Source of the DNA: the human T2T-CHM13v2.0 reference genome, Homo sapiens
Direction: 5' to 3' (one strand)
NCBI RefSeq assembly: GCF_009914755.1
Contig: NC_060932.1
DNA length: 64,000 bases
The notes beneath the pieces were generated by a model that saw nothing but the letters and a program-made list of their open reading frames with translations, made no database searches and was not told where the DNA came from. The position numbers were made by a program, and so were the translations under genes. Shown piece by piece: positions 39,373-52,403 of the stretch (positions within the stretch are counted from its first letter, which is position 1; each line of letters starts with the position of its first letter).

Positions 39373-39930
39373 TGAGAAACTGAATATACAAATAGACAAC
39401 AGCCAGACTATATATCAAAATAGAACCCTAACCCAGTCTACAGCAACTATTCCAGAAACCTAATCCATTATCTACAATAACCAGCCCAGGAAGACAGCTT
39501 GCTATCTATAAGTCAGATTGTAACAGATTAGACCACTATCTCTAGAAACCATCCCAGGAAGCCAGACAATAATCCCTGTAACAATTGGCCCCAAACAGCC
39601 AAGACTTGGTTTATATCTGACAGCTTCCCTAATAATTGTCCCCACTTCCAACTCAGGACCAACCAGAGAGCCCAGTATGCTCCCCTAACCAATTATATAG
39701 ATTGTCACACTATGAGATGGCCTGTCCACAGCTTTTCCATGCTAACAGCCTCCAATCAGGGCACACCTGAAGCCTTGCCTTTTATCCACTATAAATGATT
39801 TCCCACTCCGTGGCCTGCCTTTGAGTCTCTGTCAAAAGCAAATGATGATGGTTGTTTCTCTTGATATAGTAAGCTCTAAATAAATAGTCTGTGCTTGTTT
39901 TCATTTGATTGATCTTCATTTACTTCCACA
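39373..39930 (+). mobile_element. ERV1-class solo LTR, MER90/MER87-like
   Basis: TGAGAAACTGAA start, repeated AGCCCAGGAAG, CCAATCAG, CACTATAAA, AATAAA, ends TTCCACA. Confidence 0.65.
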
Positions 39931-41014
39931 TTACCTAAAAATGAGCTCTTGGAAACAACTCATCCAAGGGAATAAAGAGTTTGACCCCAGAGTTTGATTC
40001 AAGGACAGTGGAGCAGCCTCAGAAGGAAAAGATGATCCAGCATTCCCAGTGTCTGTCCCACAGATTGTCTTCCTGGGCAGCCCTCAAGAGAAGGGAACTA
40101 CAGTAAAAGAGGATGAGCAAAGTGAAATCTTTCTCATGCTACCATCTCTCTCAGACTTCAAGAGTACAAGGGAACAGCATCACTATTGCCAACAACTTTC
40201 GCAGCAACTTTAACACTGACATGGGATGAAATCCTCAGGTGTCAGGATCCCCAGAGGTAGGACCCTTGCAGTTCACAGCAGATGCAGGAGAAATCTCCAA
40301 GCAGAGCAAAGACAGAGAAGATGGCAGATGCTACGGGTAACTAGGTCCTCCAAGCCTCATGAAATGCCAGAAAAATGGAGTAGGACCTTGAGGGAATCTT
40401 TCAGGTAGAATAGGAGTGAGCAAAGTCAAAGAAAGCCTGTTTGCTGGTGATTATTGTAATCTTGGGCTTATCCCAGGCTGGCTTAGACAAGGAATCACAG
40501 GCTATACACAGAATTTTAGCAATTGCTTAGCTAAATTCATTGTAAAATCTCTCTTCTATATGTCTACTTTTCTATATTCCCCTTTTATCTGAATTTCCAA
40601 TCTTGGTATAAGTTTCACAGAGTGATAAATGTAGGTCAGTCGTGGTACCATGTCAAACAAGAGAGACATTTATGTGTTTCATTGCTTATTAATGAAATAA
40701 CACCATGACAGATGATACCTGTTTCAGAGAAAGTGTCATAGGAGTCAGCCCACCACAGTAGTATGTGAGCTCAACAGTCCCATCAACAAGTGAGTCAGGC
40801 AAGATATAAATGTTCATTTATTTGCATGCATGCTTGTCAAAGTTGATGAATATTCTCATTTAAAACAAAACAAAACTAAAAACAAAATTGTTGTATAGCA
40901 ACCAGTTAGGACAGTTTTCTGAAATTGCTGAAATACCCAATTTAAATGAATATCTGTTTATAGATGTATTTCTTTTTCATATCATTTCCTTCATGGGTTT
41001 GATGGAGGGCATGT

Positions 41015-41545
41015 TGTTTTAAAATGTAGGTTTTATTATTCAGGTATGGTGAGGTCAACAGATGAGAAGGCAATGCCATTGATGAGAGTTTGTTACTCAC
41101 AGTTCCCAAGACTGGGACGGCATAAAGTGCCAGGAGTGGGGGTTTCCACTGGTCACGCACCAGGGTCAGTCAGGAGGCAGAGGGAATGATGAGGAAAATG
41201 CAGGCAACACCCTTTATTGTGGTTTCCACTGGAAGGAATGGGAAAGGCAAGGCAAGCAGGCTTAGAATCGGCTAATTTGAGTAACTTTAGCAGGTTTTAG
41301 GGAATACAAACTGTCTCTGGTTGCCTGTTACCTGGTCCTGGGTGATTAAAGCAAGGGAATCTTTGCCCTAAGTGTGAAAGCCCTGTAGAGGAGGTGGTGG
41401 GGTGTGGTCTTTGGGTTGGCTGGTTTGCATATGAAATGCATGCCACAGGCCAGTCCTTCACTACCTCTAGGAATTGACCAGCAAGCAGGGGCAGTTTCTC
41501 CAGGGTCAGCAGATGCCAGAGCATTAAAAACACATGGCTAATACA
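41015..41545 (-). mobile_element. ERVL solo LTR, MER74-like
   Basis: TGTTTTAAAATGTAGGTTTTATTATTCAGGTATGGTGAGG...GGTTTGCATATGAAA...CATGGCTAATACA; TG...CA termini. Confidence 0.82.
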
Positions 41546-41943
41546 TGTGTGTTTTTACTCTCCAGTCCATAAGCCTCTGAAGAACAAAATTTCATCAAAG
41601 GAGCCTCTTCGCTGTTCTATAATATTACATATTTAGGGGGCTGTGATATTTATTTATGCATTAAGATGCTAGCAAGACTTCAAGGAACTTCAGCCTAATT
41701 CAAGCACACACTACTGCAGCCCTTACAGTAAACAATGAGGTCAGCGTCCTTGGGCACAAAGTGGGGAACTGGATGGATCCCACAACTCCTAACTCTTGGG
41801 TGTTTCCTCCCTGCTCCCTTTGTCTGTCTGCTTTCTCAATTTGCCCTGGGATCACTTTGTACTGAAACCTCCCATGAAATAACTCTGCTCTAGGCACTCT
41901 GCCTCAGCCATTTCCCATGATTTGATGGTTGGTTAATTTTGTA

Positions 41944-42808
41944 CCAGTGGTGGGCTAGACTTGGCTTGTGAGAGCCTGTTGTTAAATTTCCAGGAATGTC
42001 ATGAGCTGGATGTTAAACATAGCCATTTTGAAAAATTGAATCATATAAACTAGCAATTAAATTAGTTATATTCAAACAAATTTAGTAAGTGCTCAAAACT
42101 TGGTACTGCCAACTTATTTTATTATTTTATTATAATTAAATTATTTTACTACATCTTACCACTGCCTACACTCTTGAAGCTATTTACATCTATCGTGTCT
42201 GGATGATGGAAACACTTATATAGTGTATTTAGGCATCTAACTACCAGGCATCCCTTTCTAATGACATGTTCGCAAGTCATACTGGTGACTTGAAGTGAAT
42301 ATATTTAGACCATGGAAATCAGCAAACACCATAAATCAAGATAAGATGGAAAAAAATATTAATACTGCAGATAAAACTTAAAAGCTTGTACAAAAAGATC
42401 TATAACCATTACATCATGAACAGCACCAAAAAATGACAAAGCATTCTTCTAGTATTTAAAAACTATTATCTGATACAGCCAATAAGTCACTTGCATCATT
42501 AATGAACAAGGTCCCATAGAGGTCTTGCTTGTTTCACTTTTGTTTACTCCTAATGTAAACAAAAATATCTTCATGTTGGAACTCTACTAGTTCATCATTT
42601 GCAACCAGAAGTTAGGTATGAACACAGGAATTTGGTAAAAATCAACAAAAGCATTCTATGAAAATCAATAGCTGTAAGGAATTTCAAATAAAGTGTATTA
42701 CATATTTTATTTTGATTTGTTAAGTTGTGTGCTATATAGCCGTTACATCAATAAAATTTATGTTTTTCCTGAAGAGCTAATTGCTATACATTTACCAGCA
42801 CACAATTG
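41944..42808 (+). mobile_element. MER63 (hAT-Blackjack) long variant
   Basis: CCAGTGGTGGGCT start, GTTAAACATAGCCATT, ACATTTACCAGCACAC end (TIR-like). Confidence 0.78.
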
Positions 42809-42894
42809 CTTTCCGCTATTCCAAGCTTCAATTTCTTAGTTGATAAACTAAGAGGTTGTTTTAGATGAACTTTGTTTCCTTCCAATTCTAATTC

Positions 42895-43358
42895 TTTTTT
42901 TTTAATTTAATTTTGTTTTAGGTTCTGGAATACGTGTACAGAACGTGCAGGTTTGTACATAGGTAAACGTGTGCCATGGTGGTTTGCTGCACCTATCAAT
43001 CCATCACCTAGGTATTAAGCCCTGTGCGCATTAGCTATTTGTCCTGATGCTCTCCCTCTTCCCACCCCCTCAACAGGCCCTGTTCCCCTGTGTGTTGTTC
43101 CCCTACCTGTGTCCATGTGTTCTTATTATTCAGCTCCCACTTATGAGACATGTGGTGTTTTGTTTTGTATTCCTGTGTTAGTTTGCTGAGGATCGTGGCT
43201 TCCAGCTCCATCCATGTCCCTGCAAAGGACATGATATTCATTTTTATGGCTGCATAGTATTCCACGGTATATATGTACCACATTTTCTTTATCCAATCTA
43301 TCATTGATGGGCATTTGGGTTGGTTTCAGGTCTTTGCTATTGTGAATAGTGCTGGAAT
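42895..43358 (-). mobile_element. 5'-truncated L1PA (older primate) 3' end inserted in a MIR3
   Basis: Reverse L1PA 3' UTR plus ORF2 C-terminal codons (DWIKKMWYIYTVEYYAAIK...WMELEATILSKLTQ); TSD TAATTCT. Confidence 0.92.
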
Positions 43359-43628
43359 AATTCTATGATCTGGAATTATTCTTATCTTATAGTTTAAAAA
43401 AAAATCTTCTACTCTTAATAGCTGACTGAGCAGCAGATGATTGATGACTCATTTCTGAAAAGAGGATTTAAGTAAAACCAAGGGAACAGCTAGCTTCCCA
43501 AGGCCTCAACATGAGGAGGTGACATACCCCTGACCCCTGTGCTTAGTGGCCTCCTTGGAATACCTTCCGGAGGTCACTGTCATGAGTTCCTCACCAAAAT
43601 CCCCTAGTGGGCATAAGGCAGAAGTCCC

Positions 43629-43745
43629 ATTCATTAAATAAATATTTTTTGAGTACCTACCATATGTCAGGTGCATTTCGGGGCATGAGGGTTGCAGCAC
43701 TGGTGTCCACTGCCTCACGGAGCCTATATTGTAATGAGGGCAGAT
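43629..43745 (-). mobile_element. L2 3' tail
   Basis: CATTCATTAAATAAATATTTTTTGAGTACCTACCATATGTCAGG. Confidence 0.7.
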
Positions 43746-43817
43746 GCATTGTTACAATAGGCGACAGGCTACAATGAGAACAGCACAGATTAAGAAGGCA
43801 TAACTTTTAATCTATGC

Positions 43818-44031
43818 CAGATGCACATAAACTTTTTCTATAAAGGGCCAACAAATAAATATTTCAGGCTTTGCAGACCACTTCATCTCTGTTGCAACCG
43901 CTCAATTCTGCTGTTGCAATGCAGAAACAGCCATAGACAATTAACAATAGGCATGGCTATGTTCCAATGAACCTTTATTTACAAAACCAGGGGACAACAC
44001 TGCAATCTAGGCTACAGTTGGATGATCCCTA
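43818..44031 (+). mobile_element. MER58A (hAT-Charlie MITE)
   Basis: AAACTTTTTCTATAAAGGGCCA, AGCCATAGACAAT, GTTCCAATGAACCTTTATTTACAAAA; 8-bp TSD ATCTATGC/ATCTAGGC. Confidence 0.85.
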
Positions 44032-44529
44032 ATCTAGGCAGCCAGTAGATTGTTCAAGAACATGAGATGTAAACTGGGCAGGAGTTGGGTGAAAAGAGGG
44101 TAGAGAGCCATGTTACAGTAGAGGGAGATGGGGGCCAGATTTGGAAGGTCTTTTGACTTTCAATGGAATGCACTTTAGCCACCCTCTCCCACTCCAGCCA
44201 AGACGGCACAACCAGGCTCCCCAACACCCCAGGGCCAGGCAATGACCCTTATTTCTCAAACCTGGAAGAGCACAACCCATGTCAGCTTGCCCCCCACATA
44301 GACATTATCCTCACTCTTCTCAGGCCCTAATAACCCAGACCTACCTGCCCTCCTCCCCACACCATCCCCTGTGCTGGGCTGGGCTGTTCCGCTACCCGTG
44401 TGTCCTCTTCACTTAGCCCAGGGCCCATCACCTCACTCTGAGTCACATGGCTCCCCTATCTGGGATGCTAACCTCCCAGGCCCCACCCAGTGGCTTTTTG
44501 ACTGAGCTGTTCAAGAAGGAAATGAGAAA

Positions 44530-44960
44530 ACATAACGCAATACAATTTTCACACCAAGAAAGCAATTATAGCTTACGATACCATAATATTACCTAAATAT
44601 TCCACTCATATTTGAAATTCCCCAATTATCCTAAAAATGTCTTGCTTAGCTGTTTTGTTTTTGTTTTTCCAATCCAAGATCCAATCAAGAACCCCACATT
44701 GAGTTGGTAGTCATAGCTCTTCAGCCTCCTTTAGACTAGGACAGTCCCCTTCCCTGCCTTTGTCATTCATGACCTTAACATTTTTTAAAAGTAGAAACCA
44801 GTAGTCAGGTATAAAGTCCATAACCTGGGTTTTTCTGATTGTTTCCTCATGATTCAGTCTGGGTTAGCTCTTTTTTGGCATGAGTACCACCAGGTGATGC
44901 TGGGCACTTCCCATGGCATCATATCAGAAGATGCAGAGTGTCACTGCGCCCCATTACTGC
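44530..44960 (-). mobile_element. L1MC4/5-like fragment
   Basis: GATCCAATCAAG...CACATTG, TTCATGACCTTAACATTTT, TCTGATTGTTTCCTCATGATT. Confidence 0.7.
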
Positions 44961-45102
44961 TGTCCTGTTCAGTTTTCACTACAAATTCTGGGCTGTACCA
45001 TTAGTGTGTTGGACAGTATCCAGTCACTGATTTTTTTTTTAATCGCATTGACTTCGGCCCATTAATATGCTGTGCCATAGTGTGTCTCCCCTCTACTCCC
45101 TC

Positions 45103-45830
45103 TGAAGCTGCCTTTGCAAAGATTATGACAGTGAGAGAAGTCTTGCATGGCTGACTCCATCCTGCCTCTAGCCTCACAGGCTGGCTCTCTCTGATCATTC
45201 CTCACCATAGGTCAAGCTAAACATGGGAAGAATTTAGTTTATAGTTTAACTTCGAAGCAAGGATAATAATAGTCCCTCCTTAAAACTGCTCCCTCCTTGT
45301 TTGGGGGCTGAAACTGCCTTTGTAAGATGAATGAAAGGCCACAAGATTAGGATTATGGGGAGTGGCTTGAGTTCTGCTACAACATAAGCATGCCTTCTAT
45401 AACCCCTTATTACTCAGCAGTTATGTGGCCAGAGGTCACAAGATCTGTGACTTTCCCAATTGCTCCTATAGATAACAGCACTACTGTAGAACCTAAGATT
45501 GGTTTTTTGAGGTTTTTTCCAACTGACCCGACCCAGTCTCCTGACTCCTGATTCAACTGGTTCTGTGGCCCCACCCAGAGGTGGATTCAGCCTACAAGGA
45601 CCGGTTTCCACACCCTACGATTTCATCCTCAATCAGTCAGCAGCACTCATTCCCTAGGCCCCTGCCCACCAAGTTTCCATAAAAATCCTTATCTCCAAGC
45701 CTTGGGAGACTGATCTGAGTAATAATTCTGTGTCCTGCGTGGCCAACCTCATGTCAATTTACTTTACTACAAGGCTATGGTCTTGGTGGATTGACTTTGT
45801 CTGTGCAGGAAGAAACTATCAAGAGAATAT
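45103..45830 (+). mobile_element. ERV1 solo LTR, LTR8-family
   Basis: TGAAGCTGCCTTTGCAAAGATTATGACAGTGAGA, GGCTGACTCCATC, AATTTAGTTTATAGTTTAAC, GCTCCTATAGATAACA. Confidence 0.85.
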
Positions 45831-46552
45831 ACCTCCAGCTGCCCAGCATGGGCAGACCCCAAGTAGGGTGAAGGGAGTATCCCAGGCCAGGGTATGGGAG
45901 ACCAAAAAGGGTAAGGAGAGATTACCAGTGGGAGGGCGGCACAGAGCAGGGTGTTGGAGCCTAATCAGAGTGAACAGGGAGTCAGGCAGGAGGTGCTGGA
46001 GTCTAAGTATGAGGAGGAAGGCATTTTTGCAGAGGGAAGCCTGGTGCAGGGTTCAGAAGCCAAGCAGAATGAGGAAGGCATCCAAGAGGTGTGGGTAAGA
46101 CTTGATGCAGGAGCCCAAGGAAGGTGGGGAGGATATTCTGGCACAAGGTATCTGCACCCAAGCAAGGTGAGAAGGGCATCTGAGGCTACGGACAGCCCAG
46201 TGCAGGGAGACGGTCTGGGCAGGGTGAGGTCATCCACATAGGAACGGGCACATCATGGCTTCTGCATGGTCCACAAGCAAAGGGAAGAGGCATCCCAGTG
46301 GTAGAGCAGCTCAACACGAGGTGCCAGAGCCTAATCTGGGTGAAGAGGGCATCCCAAAAGGGGCAAATGGCAATAGCAGTGTAGCAGATTAGTTACAATG
46401 TGGCTGCATAAAATAGGAAACTTTTGTTTTTTAATTAGAGCAAGTTTCTCATGGTCAGTAAAGAGACTTACAATTATGGTAAAAAAGAAAACAAGAATGA
46501 ATCATGTGGTTTTGGGTTGAGTGAGATAACTGTGTGAATTTGTGTTTTTTAA

Positions 46553-46810
46553 ATATATGTGTGTGTGTATGTGTAGATATGTGTGTATATACATATGCAC
46601 ACATATATACATACATATATGTATTTATATATAAATATATATATATTTATGTATTAAATGTGTATGTATGATTTAAACATATATGTGTGTATGTATATAT
46701 TTCTGTATACATACACACACTGTATATACACATATATACACACACACACATATATATACATGTAGATATAGAAATACAGTAATATGAATGTATGTATTTT
46801 TATATATTAT
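46553..46810. repeat. TA/TG/CA low-complexity, self-complementary array
   Basis: TG-rich left part, CA-rich right part and TA-rich centre. Confidence 0.9.
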
Positions 46811-47828
46811 ACATGCATAGTTGTATCCCAGCTCTGCCCACTGAGAGGGCCTAGAAGCAGGGACTTACCAAGAGCATTTAGCACACAGAGCACCCAGATT
46901 GTGATTTCTAAATGCCGTTATTTGCCAAAAAGCAGCAAGGGCTCTGGGAAAAAATGTCTGATTCCAGGGCTGGGGCAGGTAATGTAGCACATGGACAGCT
47001 TGCTGTGCCAGAGTGACAAGAAGGGCTAAAAGAATGATTGGGACACTTCAAAAAGGTCCAGAAAACAGCTTTAAGGGGCTTCCACTGGCCACATATTGGG
47101 CAATTTGTGCATCAAATAAGTGAGAATAGCAACGGATTATATCCTATTGAACAAAATAAGAATCCATAAGTTCATACTGATAAAAATGAACAAATAAAGA
47201 AGTGAAGAAATGGAAATTTTGATAAAGAATAGGATATTTAAATGGCCTCAAAGTATCTCGTATCTCCCTACAAATATATATAGAGAGAGAAATATTACAA
47301 AGAAGAAAATAGTACACCTAATTTGAGAAGCCTGGCAAACACTCATCTAATCAAATGATCAAAGTAAATGTCATCAGTAATGAAATAAATTGAAATGATG
47401 CCCCATCTCACAGCATCCAATGAGACAAGTCCTACATCACCTCTGTGATGTTACTGCCAAAGACATAGCCCAAATCTTATTGTGAGGGAACAGCAGACAA
47501 TCCCATTGAGGGACATTCTATGAAATTACCTGCCTGTAATCTTCAATGTGTCAAAGTTATGAAAGTGAAGGAAAGCACAAGGAACTGTTGCACATTGAAA
47601 GAAACTGAAAATATGTGAAAACTGAATGTAAAGGTAGTTCTAGACTAGGTCATTTTACTATAAGCACATACTTGGGACAACTAGCAAAATTTGAAGGAAA
47701 TCTGAATATCAGATGGTAGCAATACATCACTGTTAATTTCCTCATCTTGATTGAATTGTGGTTCTGTAGTGGACACTTATCTGTAGGAAATTCACACTAA
47801 AATATCCAGGAGTATAGGACATCATGTT

Positions 47829-48117
47829 TTTTGTTTGTTTGTTTGTTTTTAAGACAGAATCTTGCTCTGTCACCCAGGCTGGAGTGCAGTGGTGTGATCT
47901 TGGTTCATTGTAACCTCCACCTCCTAGATTCAAGCAATTCCCCTGCCTCAGCCTCCTGAGTAGCTGGGACTACATGCACACACCACCATGCTCGGCTAGT
48001 TTTTTTCTATTTTAGTAGAGATGGGGTTTCACCATGTTGCCCAGGCTGGTCTCCAACTCCTGACTTCAGGCAATCCACCCGCCTCGGCCTCCCAAAGTGC
48101 AAGGATTACAGGTGTGA
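47829..48117 (-). mobile_element. AluS, slightly 5'-truncated
   Basis: Reverse Alu; TSD AGGACATCATGTT (47816-47828) / AGGGCATCATGTT (48118-48130). Confidence 0.95.
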
Positions 48118-48174
48118 AGGGCATCATGTTGACAACTTATTTTCAAGTGGCTCAGAAGAAATGTCTTTGTACTG

Positions 48175-48177
<3 letters not shown>

Positions 48178-48211
<34 letters not shown>
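48178..48211 (+). repeat. (CA)n microsatellite
   Basis: Directly visible. Confidence 0.95.
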
Positions 48212-48213
<2 letters not shown>

Positions 48214-49009
48214 CTACATACATAGTATTATGATTATGTAGGAAAATATAACTGTGCTCTTGGGAGATTACATGGTGAAGTATTTAGGGGCAAAAATTTA
48301 CTTCAAATGATTTGACAGAGAGAGAGAGAGAAGGTAGCAAAACATTAGCATTTGATGAAATCTGGGTGAAGGGTATGCTGGGTTCATTCTTTCAACCATT
48401 CTGGAGGCTTAAAAAGTTTCCAAATAAACAGCAAAGGAGAGGAGAAAAAAATGAGAAAAAGTGCAAACAATAAAGTTTGTAGGAGTTCTTAAGTGGGGGA
48501 GAAATGAATGAAAACTGAGAACTGGAGATCAGGCTTTTAATGCTGTTCTTGCCTTACTTTGTGGTGCACCTTGCGCTCTTTAAAAATAAAAGAGAGTTAC
48601 ACAGGAAAAAGTTTGTCCTGGTGTTATAAAGAGCTTAGCCGTATCCTAGCTTTCATTAAACTACCTCCTACTGCCACCGGATGTACCAGGCCTACACCTC
48701 TCCCTCTGCACGCAAAATACCACCAACTCTTACTTCTTCCTGCCCGCTTCTGGGTGAGCCAAAGCAGGGCATCCCTGGGCCTCCCACTTCTCCCCACTGG
48801 ATCCGTATCCTCCTCACCCGCACAAAGGGTGACGGGAGGCATGAGTGACGGATGGCTTCAACACGAAGGGCCTTCTTAAAGCCTGTGCTGGAGACAAAGT
48901 TGTTTTATTCCATAGACATGAAGAGCTCAATTCCTATAGCCTAGAAACTTTCCAGAGACCCACAGAAACACTTGAGATCTGCAAAAGGTTTTTCACTTGA
49001 AAAAGAAAA

Positions 49010-49556
49010 ATGCACCCTTGACATCCAGGAGCCGGCCTGGTGCTATCAGCTAAGCCTTGGTGTTCTCTTGCTGAACACAATTTCACAGAAAACCAACTTC
49101 AGATATTGTCCATTGCGTAACAACATTGGATCAAGACAAGACCCCTTGGTAATCATGGCAAAACACAAACAAAGCATGAACTTGTCCAAGCTGAAACATA
49201 CCAAACACGCCCACCACCCCCTATTCTCACTAAAGTCAGTGAACAGGGCTGCTTTATCAATCACAGGTTTAGCCTCCATTAGTATACTCTCTTTCCAGAT
49301 AAGGTTTGTGGAGATACCCAATCACTTCCTGACAGCATCCAATCCAGAGCAAAGCCTCACTTCTCCAAACTCTCTCTCAAATCACCTGACACCCAACACA
49401 AGCCCAAACGCCATGACAGGTCTTCTATCACACCCTCTTATTGAGATGCCCCATGGTTTCCATGGTATATATTATCCCTTGCTGAAACAAGTAATAAATC
49501 CAACTACTTTAAATACAGGTGTGTTCCTGGAGGGCTTTGGGTAAAGAACATTGATA
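49010..49556 (+). mobile_element. ERV1-class solo LTR, MER89/MER110-like
   Basis: CATCCAATCCAGAGCAAAGCC, AATAAA, TACAGGTGTGTTCCTGG...CATTGA end. Confidence 0.6.
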
Positions 49557-50344
49557 AGCTCTGCAGCCTGCAAAAAAAAATTGACCCCAGAATACTAAAG
49601 AAATACTATTTCTTTAGAAAACAAATTGGTAAATATTAAGTAAAATAACACTATCTCAATTTCCTTTATTATTACATTTATAATCCATAACGTGTTATGA
49701 CCTCTGAAAATAATTTGTGTGTTAGATTTAATTATCTCACTGCATAAGAATTCCCAAGTCTGCCAGCTGATTACCGAGAAATCACGGCCAATTGTAAACT
49801 AAACAAGTAACCAATTTCATGCACAACCTCCTGGTTGGCCGTTGGTTGTGTCATGCAGACTTGGTGCAGCCAAGGCCGACCAGCATGCTGCCTCCCTTAT
49901 CAACGTTATTTCCAGGCAGTTCAGTGTCTGGGCCCGGCCTGCCCTGTCGGCCTCCTTGCCCATAGGATCTGGTTTCTGCCAGCTAGGCTGACCCTTCCAC
50001 CTCTCTATTATTTGGGGATGTTTTCCCGTTGTTTGATCTCACTGATGCCCGCACTCTGGCCTCAGCTGTCAGTCACGTAAAACTGTTAGCTCTTCTCTGA
50101 TTCTTGACCTTCTCGCCTCCTCCCTGCTGCCAGGGGAGTCCTTTGCTAAGCCCAAGCCTTCCTTCAGTGGTACCTTTCCTTCAACCTCACCTCCCTCTCT
50201 CCTGCCAGCCACACAGAGGAAGTCAGCTAGCCAGGCACAATGGAAGCCATCCTCAATGGAGGAATTCTCATCTAAAGAAAAGCCTCTGGAGGAACTTTAT
50301 TTTCCTTCAACAGTCACATTTCTAGGAAAAAAAAAAACAAAAAC

Positions 50345-50460
50345 CTAGAGCCAGAGATTCTGAGACTTTCCGGATGTGGAAATGGAACTTGGAAATGATT
50401 GAGTTCAGTCCTGCCATTTTCCAGATGAGAAAACTATGATATCCATGGTTCAAGACTTTT
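50345..50460 (-). mobile_element. MIR3
   Basis: GGAACTTGGAAATGATTGAGTTCAG...CATTTTCCAGATGAGAAAACT. Confidence 0.55.
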
Positions 50461-51476
50461 TCTGCAAGACTAGGATGCCTGATTTTGCCTTTTCCCCTTA
50501 AGTCTATTGGTTTTACGATTTAGTAAGAAGAAAAAAAGTATGTTTCCTTTTTTTTTTTTTTTTTTTGGTCAAACTTTAAAAAAATACAACCACAACTGTG
50601 AAATGGTACATGATTTTTTTAAGGCCCCTATAAAAGGCAGCACAGTATGAATTATATCTTCATCAGTGCAGGTTATGAAATTACTCCAGAGAGTTATCCC
50701 TGCGGAGACTGGCAGTGCATAGACTGTAACTCAATGGAATTCAATTCCATCCCGAGTTCACAGAAGGTAATTGATGGAAGGAAGCAGCAGAAATTGCCTG
50801 AGAATTCTTCATGGATAATGTCTCTGTTTCCCCCACAATCTCATTTTGCACACAAAACAAACAAAACACAATTCAATCTCCCAAATTGTGTGGCTCCAAT
50901 TGTTTGCTTCCTTTTAAAAAATCATCCAACCCACATCACCCACAGCCACAGCTCTCCTGTGGGGCAAATTAAGTCTAGTATTGGCAACACGTTTGACCTC
51001 CATCCCCCACTCCCCTCCTGCGTCCTGGACTTCCAGCCGTTCTTTGTTTCAGGTGGATCCTTTGTTTGGGGCCATGACAAAAGCACAAGAATTAAACTTT
51101 ACCAAGAAAAGACCAGCAAACTTGACTTTGATTTCACGTTCCAGGCAATTTGAGAGCAGAACAACAGATTCCTTTGCCCTTCTTTGCAGCATCTTGAGCA
51201 AAACAATTAACAACAACCACAAAAGTTCTCCATACTGACAAGAAAAATGAGATGTAAAGGGTATAGCTCACTGAGATAAGTACATAATCAAAATATCTCA
51301 TTTAATCGCTGGTTTCTCCCAACTCAGAGAACAATTATCATGACACACACTGACATGACTTCAGGGCCCACTGGGAAAACCGACCCAGAAGAAACACAAT
51401 TGTGTGGGCTTGCATAAGGGTCTGACCCAAAGTTATGGCTGACCCCTGAGAAGGGTGATCCTCCCCCTCAAACCTA

Positions 51477-51937
<461 letters not shown>

Positions 51938-52106
51938 AGATCTTGCTGCCAAATTGACAGCAAGTTCTGGGTACCAAGTTGGGGGTCCATCCCTTTTGAG
52001 GCAGGACTCCCCAAGCAGTGGAAAGAGGTACAGAGTCAGGTCTAGACCTCTAGGATGAGCAGAATGGCAAGGTCTTGGCAAGTGCATTACACTTGACTCC
52101 ACAATT

Positions 52107-52403
52107 TTTTTTTTTTTTTGAGACAGAGTTTTGCTCTTGTTGCACAGGCTGGAGTGCAATGGCACGACCTTGGCTCACCACAACCTCCGTCTCCTGGGTT
52201 CAAGTGATTCTCCTGCCTCAGCCTCCTGAGTAGCTGGGATTACAGGCATGCACCACCACGCCCGGCTAATTTTTTGTGTTTTTAGTAGAGATGGGGTTTC
52301 TCCACGTTGGTCAGGCTTGTCTTGAACTCCTGACCTCAGGTGATCCACCTGCCTTAGCCTCCCAAAGTGCTGGGATTACAGGCATGAGCCACTGTGCCCG
52401 GCG
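52107..52403 (-). mobile_element. AluS (Sp-like)
   Basis: Reverse Alu with GCTCTTGTT and GCTCACCACAACC; perfect 13-bp TSD TGACTCCACAATT. Confidence 0.96.

Larger units (their letters stand above)
45835..48430 (+). mobile_element. L1MC3-like 3' region, interrupted by simple repeats and an Alu
   Basis: Repeated GGGTGAAGAGGGCATCC units, AGCTCTGCCCACTGAGAGGGCCTAG, TTGAGGGACATTCTA, AATCTGGGTGAAGGGTATG. Confidence 0.7.

Noticed and set aside
40060-40077. 18-bp exact match (ACAGATTGTCTTCCTGGG) to the start of duplication copy 1
   Set aside because: Similarity does not extend on either side; cannot be distinguished from coincidence
43035-43304. 89-aa ORF with real protein similarity
   Set aside because: C-terminal remnant of L1 ORF2p in a 5'-truncated L1PA copy, not a gene
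45850-46360. Spaced GGGTGA(A/G)GAGGGCATCC-like repeats resembling an array
   Set aside because: Degenerate and best explained as the internal repeats of the L1MC3-type 3' region; not CRISPR-like
48972-49544. 190-aa ORF
   Set aside because: Lies almost wholly within an LTR relic, starts at TTG and has no recognisable homology
50647-51153. 168-aa ATG-initiated ORF just after a TATA box
   Set aside because: The ATG lies upstream of where a TATA-directed start would fall; no recognisable motif; length compatible with chance
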